From contig MU004183.1 of the NCBI GenBank assembly GCA_010093605.1, positions 2,108,001 through 2,172,000 of the forward strand: 64,000 bases of DNA. Reading direction: 5' to 3'. This stretch comes from Lophium mytilinum. Taxonomy: Eukaryota. Of this stretch, positions 35,671-48,878 are shown piece by piece (the first letter of the stretch is position 1; each line of letters starts with the position of its first letter). Both the position numbers and the translations under genes were made by a program. Under the pieces are notes generated by a model. The model made no database searches, had not been told where the DNA came from, and saw only the letters and a list, made by a program, of their open reading frames with translations.

Positions 35671-38181
35671 ATGATAGTGCGGGAGTCCGCCATGTCGAAA
35701 GGTACCTTTACATTGCCTTCATGTTGGCGCAGACTCCTGCTAACTTCATGAGTAGTCCCATCTGGAGAACCGAATTGGCCTCCAAAATCACCCTACGAAG
35801 CCCTCCTCAGCTCTCCCAGTGGACGAAAGAAGCTCGAACAGCGCCGTGATCGCGATTCCCCCTCCCCGTCACCAATACGACGGCCCTCTTCCGTGAGAAG
35901 ACCGGCATCAAGGGTGCAGGTTTCATCAGACGACGAGGACGACGATGAGGAGACATTAGAACTCAAACTCAAAGCAATCGAGGCACGATTGAAGCTCAAA
36001 AAACTGAAACAGGCACGAGCTAAGCGGGCGGAGAGTGAAGAGGGGGACAATGGCTCACGGACGGGGTCGCGAGCAGAAACGTCAACTCCAGCACCAATCA
36101 AAGTATCTGGGTTACGGGTACCTCGCGATATTCCACGGCCACAACCCGCGGTCCAGGTTCCAGGGTCTCCTGTCCGAAATGGCAGAGCCCCCGACGTTCA
36201 GAAATCACCAGCGCGCGTGTTATTAGGGATCGACAAAGGCTTGCGAGCGCACGATGTGTCGTTGAAGAGGGCAACCAGCTACAACCACCGGACCGATGCC
36301 GCTCGCGATGCCACCGGATCACTATCGCGGGCAAACTCCCAACGGGGTCGTGCCGAAGTCAGCACTCCTGCTCCACGGGGAAAGAGCTTTAGCGAACGGA
36401 TAGCAGAAAGCAGATTGAATGACAAGGAGCGCCAGGACAAACTCTCGAGAATTGAGAACTCGCGGAGTCGCGGGTTCGGCGTCAATGCAAATGACTTGTA
36501 CTCGTCTCAAGATTTGCCAGGATCACGAGCAATATCTTCACTGTCTTCTGGGAGCAACAGAACGGAAAGCCGTGCCATGGCTCCACCTGCCAACAATACT
36601 CAATTCCTCCAAAAGAGCCGCTCCTTAGCCGCAATAGAGAAGTCGGCAACACCAAGAAGTGGATCAACCCTCTCCTCCCGATCAGAAGGCTCGCACACCA
36701 CTACCGCCTCCTCGCTCTCCTCCAAATCTTCAGCTAACCACTTTCGCAACCCTAATCCTCCTCCTTCCACTGCAAACCCCTCTTCAGAACTTTCTCAAGT
36801 CAATGAATCGTCCGAACCAACAATTTTCGAGACCTTCTCTGGCTTCCATCTCTCCAAGCGCCTTATTCCCCACAACACTCTGACCCGTACTTTAGACGGG
36901 AAGTCTCTCTATAATCTTCCGAAGCTCCTAAAGGAAGTCAAAGGCCCGGAATACGACACGCCAGATGTTGAATCCGACTATGTAGTGCTGGGCATAATCG
37001 CCTCAAAGTCCTCTCCTTTGACGCCCAAGAACGCTCGCAAGGTGAACGCCAGCGATAACGACCCTGATGATGCCGCCAATGGACCGAGCAAGTTCATGGT
37101 ACTGCACTTAACGGATTTGAAGTGGGAGATTGACCTGTTCCTCTTTGATACAGGCTTCTCCCAGTTCTGGAAGCTAAGTGTGGGGACCATCATTGCAGTG
37201 CTGAATCCAGACATCATGCCGCCACGCAACCGTGCTACCGGGCAGTTCTCACTCAAGCTATCCAGCAGTGAGGATACTGTGCTGGAAATCGGCATGGCGC
37301 GGGACTTGGGGTTCTGTAAGGCGGTCAAGAAAGACGGCAAGGAGTGTCGGCAGTGGATCGATGGACGCAAAACTGAGTACTGCGATTTCCACGTCGAACT
37401 GGCCATTGATAAGAGTAAAAGGGGTAGAATGGAGATCAACACTATGACAGGTTTTGGGAAAGGAACAAGAGGTGGTGGTGGAAGTAGGGGCGAGCGTGGC
37501 GGCTTCAGCGGGAGGGGTGGTGGGCATGGCGGCAAAGATGATGGATTAGTGAGACAGGGGAGGTTCCATGATCGAAGTCTTCACGAGACAGTCTATATCG
37601 CCCCTGGGTCGAGGAGCGCGGCCCAACTACTAGACGAGGAAGATACGATCACTGGTGTCGGAAGGGCGGAAGCGCATCGAAAACGGCTCGCAGACCAGGA
37701 GAGAGAGCGAGAATTGGCAAAGAGGCTAGGTGAGGCGGGGAATGGTATGGGCGCTGCCTACATGAAGGCGAGAGGTGTTGATAAGCAAGAACAGGAAGAG
37801 AAACGAGTCGAGGCCGAGAAGCAGAAGGGCGAGAGTCTCGGCGAAGAAACGTTGAGTCTGCTAGGTCGCAAAGCTGGAGACGTTACACTAAGTCCTGTGA
37901 AGCGTAAACGAAGCACGGGATTTAGCAACACCAACAAGACGAGCGAGCCAATGGGTTGGGGCGGAGCTTTTCAGCGCGGCTTGCCTGTTCCGAAAAAGAA
38001 AGAGCGAGAGGAAAGAGAAGTCAGTCCAGCCAAAAAGAAAGCGAGGTTCATGCTCGAAAAGAAGGGCATTAGAGAGCCAGGGCGGGATAGTCTTGGTGGG
38101 ATGGACATTGGGCTGATAGCAGCAATGGATGAGGACGACGACGATGACGACGGTTTGGAGATTATCCCCAGCATGCGGTAG
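35671..38181 (+). CDS. MCM10: DNA replication protein Mcm10 (intron 35702-35756)
   Basis: WPPKSPYEALLSSPSGR; OB fold YVVLGIIASKS...KFMVLHLTDL; CCCH zinc finger DLGFCKAVKKDGKECRQWIDGRKTEYCDFH. Confidence 0.95.
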
Positions 38182-38776
38182 GCTTATAGCGACTTTGGGC
38201 TTGGGTATGGTGTTTGGGACTGCATTGGTATAGGATATCCTCTTGGGTTTATATGGAGCGACATTAGGCGAATCAGATCGCTTGATTGATGAGGCCGGAG
38301 TTAAACCGGTGGTCAACTTCCAGAATTCAATTTCGACGACGGTGATTGCGCTTTTCTATAACCAGCCCTCGTGAGTCTTATCAATAAAACCTAGCTCTCG
38401 TTGTAGAGCACTCTAGTGTTCGCCTTTTCTCGCTGCTCTTTATCGAGACATCAATTGTCAGTGAACATTTTCTTACAAAGTCCCAATTTCATCGAGTAGT
38501 ACTCCACGAGAAAGGAACTTCTTCTACATGGTCGCATTCCTCCGCTGCATATTCTCATCTTTATTGTACTAGTCTACCAACTCTTTTTCTCCTGCTAGAC
38601 TATGACAGTCCTTTCCTGCGATTTGGCTGTCACGAAAGAAATTCGAAATATGCATGTTTCTTGATCTAATTGATATAGAACAGGGTAGACGCAAGAGGGC
38701 AAATCCTACCCAACTTCTACTTTCTACTCGGAAGTAATTACGCTGTAGTTAGATTACGACAATTTTCTCTGCCAAC

Positions 38777-40210
38777 ATGGCAACCAAGCCGGAGACAGCC
38801 TCGTTTTACGCCCTAATTGCCTACGAAGACCCTTACGTTCAACCGCTCATCCTCTCCGCACTAGAGAAACAATTCCCAACCCAATACCACATCATCCCCT
38901 CTCTCTCCGCCCTCCCTTCTACCGCGTTAACATCAGAAGAAGTCCAGCCAAGGAAACCAGAACCCCAGCTCCTCCAAATCCTCCCATACGAATCTCTCTC
39001 TTTCGACCACGCCCTCGCCCATCCGACCACCTCACTCATAAACGCCTACATCATCCGCAAAGCGCTGATCCGGAAGCACTACCTCGCCACCACCGTCGCA
39101 AACTGGATCGTCAAGAACCCCGACAGCGTGCTAAAGACGAACGTCGTGCCCGGCGAGAGCTTCGAGGTCGATTATGTCGAGTTCCTTGACGAAGCAGTCC
39201 TAGAATGCTGGGGGCTCCGAGAGAGCTGGGCCCGCAACGCCGCCAAACCAACCGCGCGAGAAGAGCGCCCCGAAGGCAGCGACCCCCAAGAGCGCGAATG
39301 GTGGATCCTGAAACCCGGCCTCAGCGACCGCGGGCAGGGCATCCGCCTCTTCAGCTCCGAAGAAGAACTCACGCGTATCTTCGAGGAGTGGGATCCGGAC
39401 AACGATAGCGACGACGAGGACGAAGAGCCGGAGCGCTCAGACGACGAGAACGACGACCCCCTTCCTGCTACCCCGAAACCACAAGCAGACGACCGCATCA
39501 TCACGTCCCACCTTCGCCACTTCACCGCCCAGCCCTACATCCACCCGCCCCTGCTCCTCCCCCCTCCCGGCGGCGACGCGGCCCGCAAATTCCACATCCG
39601 CACATACGTCCTCGCCGTCGGCGCGCTCCGCGTGTATGTCTACAAACCCATGCTCGCCCTCTTCGCGGCCGCGCCCTACCTCCCGCCCTGGGTGTCCCCC
39701 TCCGGCGGTGGCGACATCAACAGCGCCGCGGGTTTGCGCGCGCATCTTACGAATACGTGTCTGCAGGAGACTGGGGAGCGGGAGGGGAGTGTGGGGTTAT
39801 TTTGGGATTTACCCGACACAATTGGCGAGGAGGGGCAGGGGAAGGGGTGGAAAGAGGCTGTGTTTAGCCAGATCTGCGCGGTGACGGGGGAGGTGTTTGA
39901 GGCGGCGGCGAGGGGGATGGGGGTGCATTTTCAGCCGCTGCCGAATGCGTTTGAGGTGTTCGGGTTGGACTTCTTGGTTAAGGATGGGAGGGATGGGGAG
40001 GAGAAAGGGGGGTTTACGGCGTATTTGCTGGAGGTGAATGCGTTTCCAGATTTCAAGCAGACGGGGGAAGAGTTGAAGGAGCTGATTGGGGGATTGTGGG
40101 ATGGGGTCGTGGATGTGGCTGTTGGAGGATTTTTTGGGTTGGAGGGGGAGAAGGAGGGGAGGGATGAGAGGATGGTGGAGGTGTTGGATATTGATCTTGG
40201 GAGGCGGTAG
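38777..40210 (+). CDS. Tubulin-tyrosine-ligase (ATP-grasp) family protein, Pby1-like, without a SurE domain
   Basis: YIIRKALIRKHYL, WILKPGLSDRGQGIRLF, RKFHIRTYVL, HLTNTCLQ, FEVFGLDFL, LLEVNAFPDF. Confidence 0.92.
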   Translation: MATKPETASFYALIAYEDPYVQPLILSALEKQFPTQYHIIPSLSALPSTALTSEEVQPRKPEPQLLQILPYESLSFDHALAHPTTSLINAYIIRKALIRKHYLATTVANWIVKNPDSVLKTNVVPGESFEVDYVEFLDEAVLECWGLRESWARNAAKPTAREERPEGSDPQEREWWILKPGLSDRGQGIRLFSSEEELTRIFEEWDPDNDSDDEDEEPERSDDENDDPLPATPKPQADDRIITSHLRHFTAQPYIHPPLLLPPPGGDAARKFHIRTYVLAVGALRVYVYKPMLALFAAAPYLPPWVSPSGGGDINSAAGLRAHLTNTCLQETGEREGSVGLFWDLPDTIGEEGQGKGWKEAVFSQICAVTGEVFEAAARGMGVHFQPLPNAFEVFGLDFLVKDGRDGEEKGGFTAYLLEVNAFPDFKQTGEELKELIGGLWDGVVDVAVGGFFGLEGEKEGRDERMVEVLDIDLGRR

Positions 40211-40407
40211 GTTGGGCGACTGTGGCAGTGGGTTCCTGAAAAGAAGCTGACAGATGTGGCCTGCTTTTTGACATGCTATGCATAGAAATCATTTAAGACC
40301 CGTGTTCGGGGTCAGAGTCTCGCTGATAGGACTATCTACTCGCTCATCATACTCTTTGCAGATCCACTACTCCATTTTCATACCTTTGACGTCTCTGTTC
40401 CATGACT

Positions 40408-42060
40408 TCAAACAACCGTATTGCCCAGAACCTTGAACACCGCACTCCCGCTTCCTGGTTTGCTCACAACAACTGCTTCGGTCAGCTTCTCGTCACTGAT
40501 CTCAGGCCACTTCTTCCGGTAGTACTCCTTCTCCCACACGCTCCTCACAGCGTCGACTTTGTCTTTCGGCACGAGATGGACACTGCATCCACCCCACCCA
40601 GCACCAGTAAGTCGACTACCATACGCGCCGGCTCCTCGAGCAAGGGTGCACAGCTCGTCCAGCTCCGGACAGCTGCAGTCGTACAGATCGCGGCACGAAT
40701 CTTGCGTGGCGTTCATCAGGTCCCCAAGCGAAGTAAGAAGAGCATCGCTAGCGCCGTCTGTCGGTGGCGAGGAGAGGAGCTGGCGGAATTTGATGACTCT
40801 CTCGGCTTCTGTGAAGACGTGGAGGGCGCGTTGTCGGAGCATGAAGCGTTCTGCGCGGACGGTGAACTTGGACATGTATTTTTCGTTGAGCTCATCCTCG
40901 GAGATGCCTAATAGGCCGCAGATGTCGGCGCGGGTATAGCCTTCTTCTTGTACGAGGTAGTCTTGTGTCAGCTGAGCCAATTTCTCGAGTTGAAGCTGAA
41001 AGTCGGTCACTGAGGTTTTGCTGTTGTCGGATATGCCTTCTTTCTCCTCGAAGTAGGTGTCGTGGAAGCCGCGGAGAGAGGTACCAAGGGGCGAGGAGTC
41101 GGTTGGTAGTGGTGTCTTGAGATTGAAGACCTTAGCTAGGTAGACAGCTGCTAGTGTGCACTCAACGACTCGCAGATTGTAGCATACGGGCGCCGTGACG
41201 TGTTTGTCGGCTGCGACGAAAGATTGAGCGATGACGAATGTGAGCTCAGGAGATGTGGATGGGAAGGAGATTGGTGTGGCCGTCAAACTGGGTTTGAAGG
41301 AGACGTAGAGAGCGCTTCCGCGCAGGGAGAACACTGAAGCAGATTGATCCATGCCTCCTGAGTTCACACCGACAGCACGTTCAGAGACAATGGCTAGCTC
41401 ACACAGCTCCGTCTTGTCCACCTTCTCCTCTCCGTTCGCCTTCATGACTGCTAACGCGCTCGTGCACACAAAAGCTGCACTACTAGATAGCCCGCCGCCA
41501 CTTGGTACCGTACCATCTGACAATATGTCCATGCCTACGGATGTGAAGCGCGCATCCTTCTTCTTCTGTTGCAAGAGCTTGGTTGCTCCCCGTAGTCCGG
41601 ACTTGAAGTAGTTTGTCCATTCGTGCGCAGATGCGTCAATTGGCACCTCGCCTTCCGCCGGGATCTCAAATTCCCGACTGGGGAATTTCTCCGAGAGCAC
41701 GTTTGCGATGCGGATTGTGGATGCGCCGGTGGTAGGGCGGACGGCAACGGCCATGAGGAAATCGGCCGTGACAGCCATGGGGAGGACTTCGTATAAGGAG
41801 TAGTCGATGTGCTGTCCACTTATCTTAGCTACTTGCATTACGCATGACCGCAGAAGGAGAACTTTGGACGGTCTTGAATCAATCTTGATACTTACTTCGC
41901 CAATCAGGTTCACTCTGCCCGGACTTCTCGATACAAAGTCGGCCTGATGTCCATACTTCTCCTTGAACAAGGCTAGGAGCTTCTCCCAGCGCGTCTTTTC
42001 CACGGGAATAGCATCGTCAGGGTAGATGTCGTGTAGAGAGGTTGCTGTAGGCACCTCCAT
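40408..42060 (-). CDS. GAL1: Galactokinase (one in-frame intron about 41815-41894)
   Basis: RSPGRVNLIGE-HIDY, PSGGGLSSSAA (GHMP motif), GGMDQ, GSRLTGAGWGG. Confidence 0.97.
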   Translation of the reverse strand: MEVPTATSLHDIYPDDAIPVEKTRWEKLLALFKEKYGHQADFVSRSPGRVNLIGEVSIKIDSRPSKVLLLRSCVMQVAKISGQHIDYSLYEVLPMAVTADFLMAVAVRPTTGASTIRIANVLSEKFPSREFEIPAEGEVPIDASAHEWTNYFKSGLRGATKLLQQKKKDARFTSVGMDILSDGTVPSGGGLSSSAAFVCTSALAVMKANGEEKVDKTELCELAIVSERAVGVNSGGMDQSASVFSLRGSALYVSFKPSLTATPISFPSTSPELTFVIAQSFVAADKHVTAPVCYNLRVVECTLAAVYLAKVFNLKTPLPTDSSPLGTSLRGFHDTYFEEKEGISDNSKTSVTDFQLQLEKLAQLTQDYLVQEEGYTRADICGLLGISEDELNEKYMSKFTVRAERFMLRQRALHVFTEAERVIKFRQLLSSPPTDGASDALLTSLGDLMNATQDSCRDLYDCSCPELDELCTLARGAGAYGSRLTGAGWGGCSVHLVPKDKVDAVRSVWEKEYYRKKWPEISDEKLTEAVVVSKPGSGSAVFKVLGNTVV

Positions 42061-42306
42061 CTTTCGTGAAAGCTTGCGAGAGCTGTGGAGGGGTATCAAA
42101 GCTGATTATTTGCCTCAATTGGAATGTTAGGATGAGATTGATATGAGAAGAGAAAAAGTAGCCAGAAGAAAAGTCGGGGAGAGGGAGGGAACAGGTGTTT
42201 GTATGCTGCGACAGGTGATGGGAGTTTAGTTTAAATGTCAAGTGACAGACGGAAGCAGTACCGTTTCCAGAATCCCCGCGTGTGGCTTGTGAATGGGTGG
42301 CGTATA

Positions 42307-42606
42307 CAGCAATAACCTGAGTATAGAGTTTTCGGTGGGCTGGTGATATACTCTATCGAGCGATAAGTTTCGGCTGACTGTACTATTTTGTATGGGACAT
42401 AGTAATGATAGTGATACCCTTGCTTACTGTGGTATCACTACGCCCCTCTTACCTATGGGCGGGTGATCCGTAGTACCTCTAATACACCTTGGGGTTCCCT
42501 TGATCTCGCTGGTTGAAGTCACTGGCTTACAAATTACTAATACGTAACTTTTGATACGTGATACGACTCCTGGCAAAAAGCCGTATCACGATATTCAGGT
42601 TTGCTG
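42307..42606. mobile_element. Tc1/mariner (pogo-like) MITE, degenerate copy
   Basis: TA|CAGCAATAACCTGAGTATAG...TATTCAGGTTTGCTG|TA; colinear with the reverse complement of 49237-49573. Confidence 0.8.
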
Positions 42607-43118
42607 TAGTCCGAACAACCTGAGGTCCGTGCTTCCCTTGTAAAAGGTTAGGTATCCTGGCGTGCCTGGTACCTATCTACGTCCTGACCGTCTTCCTCCA
42701 TCGACCATTAAATTGTCCGTCGCGCATCTCATCGTGCTCTCAGAAGAATCGAATGCTAAGTTACACGAGGTAGTAGCAGCCTCTTATAGTCACATTGCAG
42801 TCCTAACTCCCCAGCTTGTTACCTCATAGAGACTTTGCAAAGAAGTATAATTCAAGGGCACTTCTTTGATGGTTGCAGGGAGGCTGAGAAAACAATCGTC
42901 TCCATGTGGTGGCTACGTGGCTAAACCGTGCACCTTATTGGTGACTTGATTATGCACTCAGCCTCAGCCTTGCATCTTGAGGGGAGGGGCTGGGAAACAC
43001 CCAAGGTTCGTCGTTGCAAGAGTCTCACAGCTTTTCTTGACGAGGCAGATGCATTTAACTATAGCTCTGGGTTCTGTCTCAACCTTCCAATATACTAGAC
43101 TGCTCACACTAGTCATAC

Positions 43119-44544
43119 ATGGCAACCCACTCGCCGTCGTTACGGCGCCCGGCTGAGCTTTTAGATCAACACTTCGTTTCCGAAGATCCGGAGTCTCAAT
43201 GGAAGAGCCGCACTTCTTACACCGACACTGATATCCAAGACATCTCCTCGCTACTTGACCACGTTAAGCCAACATGGAGCAAGTTCCCTCGTGCCTACGT
43301 TGTCCTCCGAGCCATCTCGAAGCTCGACCAGCTCGATCCGTTGATAGCCAGCGGGTTTACCGACCACTGTTTTCCCGTAACAGAGACTCGCACGCTTCCT
43401 CCTCAATTACCACCGACCACGCGAGCGGAGATCCTAAGCGCCCAAGGAATGATCCTGACAAAATCAATGGACATTGAGAAAGGGGAGAGAGGTCGACATA
43501 TGCACTTCGGCCCGGGCGAATTAATTCCTTTTGAATCCAAAGAAGTGCTTGGCTTAGGCCGTTACGGAGAAGTCGATCGAGTGATTAGCCTCATCAGCCA
43601 TAAGGAGTACGCAAGGAAACAGATCAGCCGCCGTCTAGCCTTTGGTGATAAATGGAAGCGCGAAGCTGTCGCAGCATTCGCCAGAGAAGTCAGCATATTG
43701 AGTTCTCTCCACCACAGAAACATTGTTCAGTTCAATGGAAGCTATACCGATACTTCTTCTTATTGCCTTCTTTTGTCACCTGTTGCAGAGATGAGCCTCT
43801 CTTGCTGTCTCCGCAACCCTGTCGACGCTTCGTCGCCCACTTCATTGACCGCAAATGTGACACCTTGGATGGGACAACTGTCTTCAGCTTTGAGCTATCT
43901 TCATGGAAAGCGGATCAGACACGCAGATATTAAGCCTGATAACCTTATCATAAAACAAAGAGATATTTTCCTTGCGGATTTTGGCATTTCACGTGCTTAT
44001 TCGTATGGAGAATCGAGCACATCATCAGGCCCAACCAATCATACCGCACGGTACTGTGCTCCCGAGATCACCCTTCAGGAGAGACGACACTACTCCTCTG
44101 ATATTTGGTCGCTTGGGTGCGTGTTCTTTGAGATGGCGGCTGCCAAAAAATCATGGACAACACAGAATCTCGAAGCCTTCTTCGGACAGACTGGTACCTG
44201 TGAACCATATATTCGACAAAATCTGCCAGCTCTAAAGGCTATGTTGGTTAGGCTAAGGATGGGGTCGCCCTTTTCCTGGTCATTACATTGGGCGGAGGAG
44301 ATGCTGAAGCTTGATCCACGTAGCCGCCCCACCGCTGCTCAAATTGCTGCTGCTGCCGTAGATCATGTAAAAGAAGGGTATCCTCCCTCTGAAGGTAAGT
44401 ACTGCGTGCGTCAAAGCGAGAGGCGCAGCTGATAGTCCCGCAGGGCTCGTCGAGCAGATGGAAGTAGATCAACTTGGTGGACGGACGCAGGCGACGATAG
44501 TGCTGGAAGATATGTACGATGGGCCTAAATCTTCGTCACACTAG
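43119..44544 (+). CDS. Ser/Thr protein kinase (probable intron 44395-44443; 3' end uncertain)
   Basis: LGLGRYGEV, ARK, HHRNIV, RHADIKPDNL, LADFG, YCAPE, DIWSLGC. Confidence 0.88.
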
Positions 44545-47500
44545 ATATGCACGTCGGCTGTGACTTGAGGCTGCAAATTGTGAGGCGGTAGATGAAAATA
44601 TCAATGGTGGACATCTTGACTATTATGCTGGTAAGCTCATGCTATCATGAGATGAGCTATCTGATAGAGGCATTACGAGTGTCGACTGCCTTGACTGTTC
44701 TCATGTAGTATCACTTCCAAGGAAGCTGCTTCAGTGCTTAAATGCAGACCCCACGGCCCCCATATACCTAAGAGCTTGTCTAATATGAAAGGATGCGAGT
44801 AGATAAGACATTCTACGACATTGAAGCAGCACTCTGAGTCACGGGGTCGCTTTACTCGAGGAATAAAAGAAAGGACCACATCTCAACTGCGTCGGGATGA
44901 AGTCGATGAGGGTGGGCATCAGATCCCCAATATAGAGAATCGCAGCAAGCCACCCCGCTCCACATCCCTAAAACCAGAATCTAGATCTGAAAGCAATCTG
45001 GTCAAAGATCCAAAAGCAAAAAGCTATGCGCGTTCGAGTCGCAACGGACCAGAGAAACGGCCTCCTTCGTCTTTCCTAGATCTCTTCCGGATCCCATCCA
45101 AGGCAAGCCGAAGCCTACGTCTCTTCATCGAAAGTCGTCGCCGTCCCCATCGCAACGAAATGGGTCGCTCGATGACCAGCGACGCTACGCAAGAGAGCTC
45201 ATAAAGCGTAACCACCAGGCACGCCTCCGTTCAATACAGAAAAAGGCGCTCGAAAATTATAGGAGGGAAGGCGCTGGAGCTCGTCATAAGGCTGACGAGG
45301 AACGCCCCGCCCACGTACAAGAGTTTCAGGAGCGTATGGAAAAGGCACGTAAGCAGAGGATGCGTATGACTAATTTTGCATTCCTCACGTTGTACACGAG
45401 CTCGCAGTCAGATGGAGTTTTCTCATGGCGAAGTCAAGTGGGTTGAGGGATGCAGACCGGAAAACGTTGTAAAATATATAGCAATGGGTGCGAGAAGGAA
45501 AGAAATCTCGCCAAACCTACCTATTCCGACGTCTTCATAAGTTGTAATTCAAACTGCAGTGCTTTTCAAGATAAACCCACAAAGTTTTACCGTGGGGCAT
45601 CTAAGATCTAGAATATCCCGCCACGCATAGGAGAGTGTGTTGTTGCATTTCGATTTCATGTTCTGACCAGCGTCAACGTTTGCCATCATGGGCTTATGTG
45701 TGGACCGCATCTCAGAACGAGCGTTGCAGATTAGTACACATGGGGAAATGAAAACATTGACTGTCGGGCACGATTAATGCTAAGGTTTGTAGATAGGCTT
45801 GGGATGCTTTGGGACAAACCATTTACAATGACTCGTCATAGAAATCCGTATGCTTGTTTATCACCGCTTGAGGGCCTCCTGGCATTTTCAGAGCTCCGAA
45901 TAAGGCATAGTGCTGCATTCTGAACTGCTAGTAAAATCGCGAGGCTACTCCAGACAGCGTCAACACGGTGTACACCGAGTGAAAGTGCGTACGTCGGAGC
46001 CACTTAAACAACGGTAGGAAAGTGTACGGTTATCTATGGCAAGCCACGTACAATTCATCGTCAACGTCGAGCGCGAGGACTTGACATTGAAAGCAAGAGC
46101 TCAAATACTTGTAGCAAAGATTAGATAGACATCCATTCGACTTCTGATAGCATCTAGAACAAAGCGATGATAATCTGTCGATCAGGATCTGTACTCGAGG
46201 TGTGACATCGTGATCGTCAACTTCTGGGCCGGAAAGAGCTTTTGCATCGTCAGCCAAGCATATTTAGACCCTGCGTCCACAAGGAGTTCAATTCGATATA
46301 TGAACCTTGACGTCTGCCTCTGAGGTTCTGATTGTGCAACCTTCCTTGAGATACATGCAAAAGGGGTCTTCACTTAAAACTACTGCGGCCCTTGTGGGCG
46401 TTTGACGTCATATCTTGAATCCTCGAACGATTCGTCTCTCGACTTACACAGCTCTCCAAGCCTATAAACAAGCTCTCTTCGCCTGTCGTTGTTGAATTAC
46501 GCTCAATGGTTTGTACAGTAAGTTATTCTGATGATGATTCTAACTTTGCAAGTCGGATTTTTCCAACCTCTCACTTTTCAGGCGCATAAGAGCATTCTCG
46601 CGTCTCTCAAGCATCCAAATCCTTTTCTCTTATGCCAATTGCTATTATCATATTTTTAATGTTCAATTCGCCCATTCTCGCGGAAAAGCTTCGGAGTGCT
46701 TGGTGTCATACGTAATCCTCGTGAAGAGCTTCCGTTCCTAGAGTCTACTAGCAGAGTTTGCTATATGAGCCGGTGAGTAGCGTACCGATGGTACATCGTG
46801 GGGCCCTACATCGTCGACGGTCTCAAACGGCACCCCGAAGAACGTTATACTTCGGATTGACGTCCGGGAAACGCGTCGACCTACCAAACCAGAATATTCG
46901 ACTACGCCCGACACTTCTCGTATTGCTCTACTGAAAGCCAATGCCGATCTGGTTCTTCATCATGTAAAAGGCGAAAGTGTTTCCTATCGGCCACGATTCG
47001 AGCCAGCTTTGGCTATCACGTCAACGTCGACCGCACCGCCACACCAATACCACCTGTCATCACATACCACCAACGGACCGCTGCTAACCTAGCTTGTTCT
47101 AGCTATTGAACACGGATACGAGTGCCGCAACTGAAAGCAAAGAAAGGAAAAGCCCCTCAAACCCAAATCCTCCTCCCGGAACCGCTTTTTTCACAGTCAG
47201 CTCCACCATCTGCACAGCATGCATCACGCCCCACACCTACACCCCCCACCCACCTCGACGCTCATACGCCGTCCGCATCGCGGAGCAACGTCCGGCGGGT
47301 CTCAGCCCACCATCCAGCCAAAGCAATATGCAGCGACCTGCACCCGAAGTCGCTAGATTGAACAGCGGGCTAGACATGCACGCCGCTCCCCTCAAGGCAC
47401 TCGTCTCATGCATATTACACGCACCAGCAGCGGCGAGAGCACCCTCTCACGGCCCGACCAAACCCGAATCACTGCATTCTTCCGCCCGCTAGGGGGGCGG

Positions 47501-48838
47501 GTCCCCTGCCAGTCCGGCGAGAGTCTGACAAGACCTCTCTGCCTGCTTCCGCCCTTGCAAATTAGCCACCCCAATTCCCAGGACACCCAGGCGGCGAAGA
47601 CGCGCCGGAAGCGAGCCAAGAGCCACAGGGTGAGCTGAGCTGGCATGAGCGGTCAAGAACGAGCATGATGCAGAGGGTGGGCGTTGGCGCTGTTCCTCCG
47701 CTACCCGCTGGCGTGGACGCGCTGGCTGGCTGCTTGTCCTCCGTATCCCACGGCGCTGCGGGGTCAGACAGGATGGGGGGAGGTCTCAGCTCAGACTCTC
47801 TCCGAGCACGCACGCACACGGCAATTCTCGTCAGCAGCACGGATAAGACGCAGTTTTGCACGTGGGCAGGGGTGCGATTGCGATGGGGGAGCTTGCGCTG
47901 CGGGCTAGCTGGATGTAGTTCAGGCGGGACTGGCCTTGACGCTCACGAGAGTGGGTTCAGCGGTTTCATCGCTGTGGGCTCTTGCGTGCGCGCTTTTCTT
48001 CCCCGCGCCTCAGTATGTATGCGCGAGAAGCGGTGGAGTTGAGGATGGTGGTGGAGTGGCCAGAGCGCGGATTGGAGGAGCGGCATGGGGGCATGTTGGG
48101 TTGGGTGCGCGGCAGGCGGGAAGAGAGCGTCCGGAATGTTTTCCCGGAAGGCGGGTGCGCTGGCGAAGCCATGAAGAGGGCATGATGAGACATCTGCCAC
48201 GCTGTCTGGAGACGAAGGGTGGTTGAAGGGCTCTGAGTTGTCGGAAATCTCGAGGCTCAACAGCATGACGGCAGCTAGCCTCTCATCATTAGGCACGCTT
48301 CTACGAGTGGTTGAGTAGCTGTGAGGTCGGTGAGCAGAACAGCCTAGCATCGCGAGTTTTGCGCAGGGGGCCACTCAGGAGCTCATCCTACATATCACGT
48401 GATATGTAATCAACTACGATTCATGCTTCGATCTAAGATATGATGGGATGATAAAAGATTCAGCTTGATAAGCACAATTTAACTCTTCCTCTGATATCAC
48501 GCTACTCAGATCCAGTGATGTCTCCTTCACTCAACTTACCACCACGTGACATGATCGAAAGACTTCAACACCAGCCTCCATTTATGCATTTCACCACGCG
48601 TGGCAACGGAAGCACAAATCGCCCGACCCATCCGACCCAGCCTCGGGATCCAGCCGGCTCAAAAGGCAAACATCACGCAGGGTATCCGCCGGGCGTCCCT
48701 ATCTCCCAGCATCGCATCCTCCCCCCAAAAACCCACGTCATAGCCCAGCTCTCCCATCCATCGCGCAGCCACAGCTCTCCCCAAACAAGACCCATCCCCG
48801 AAAAGGTTTCCTTAGTGACCACCGCCTCCGCCAAACCC

Positions 48839-48878
48839 AGTAACCACAGCTAACCACAGCTAACCACAGCTAATCCGC
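48839..48878. repeat. 10-bp minisatellite (TAACCACAGC)x3
   Basis: agtaaccacagctaaccacagctaaccacagctaatcc. Confidence 0.85.

Noticed and set aside
48839..48878. CTAACC-containing repeat as an interstitial telomere or telomerase template
   Set aside because: The unit is TAACCACAGC, not CCCTAA
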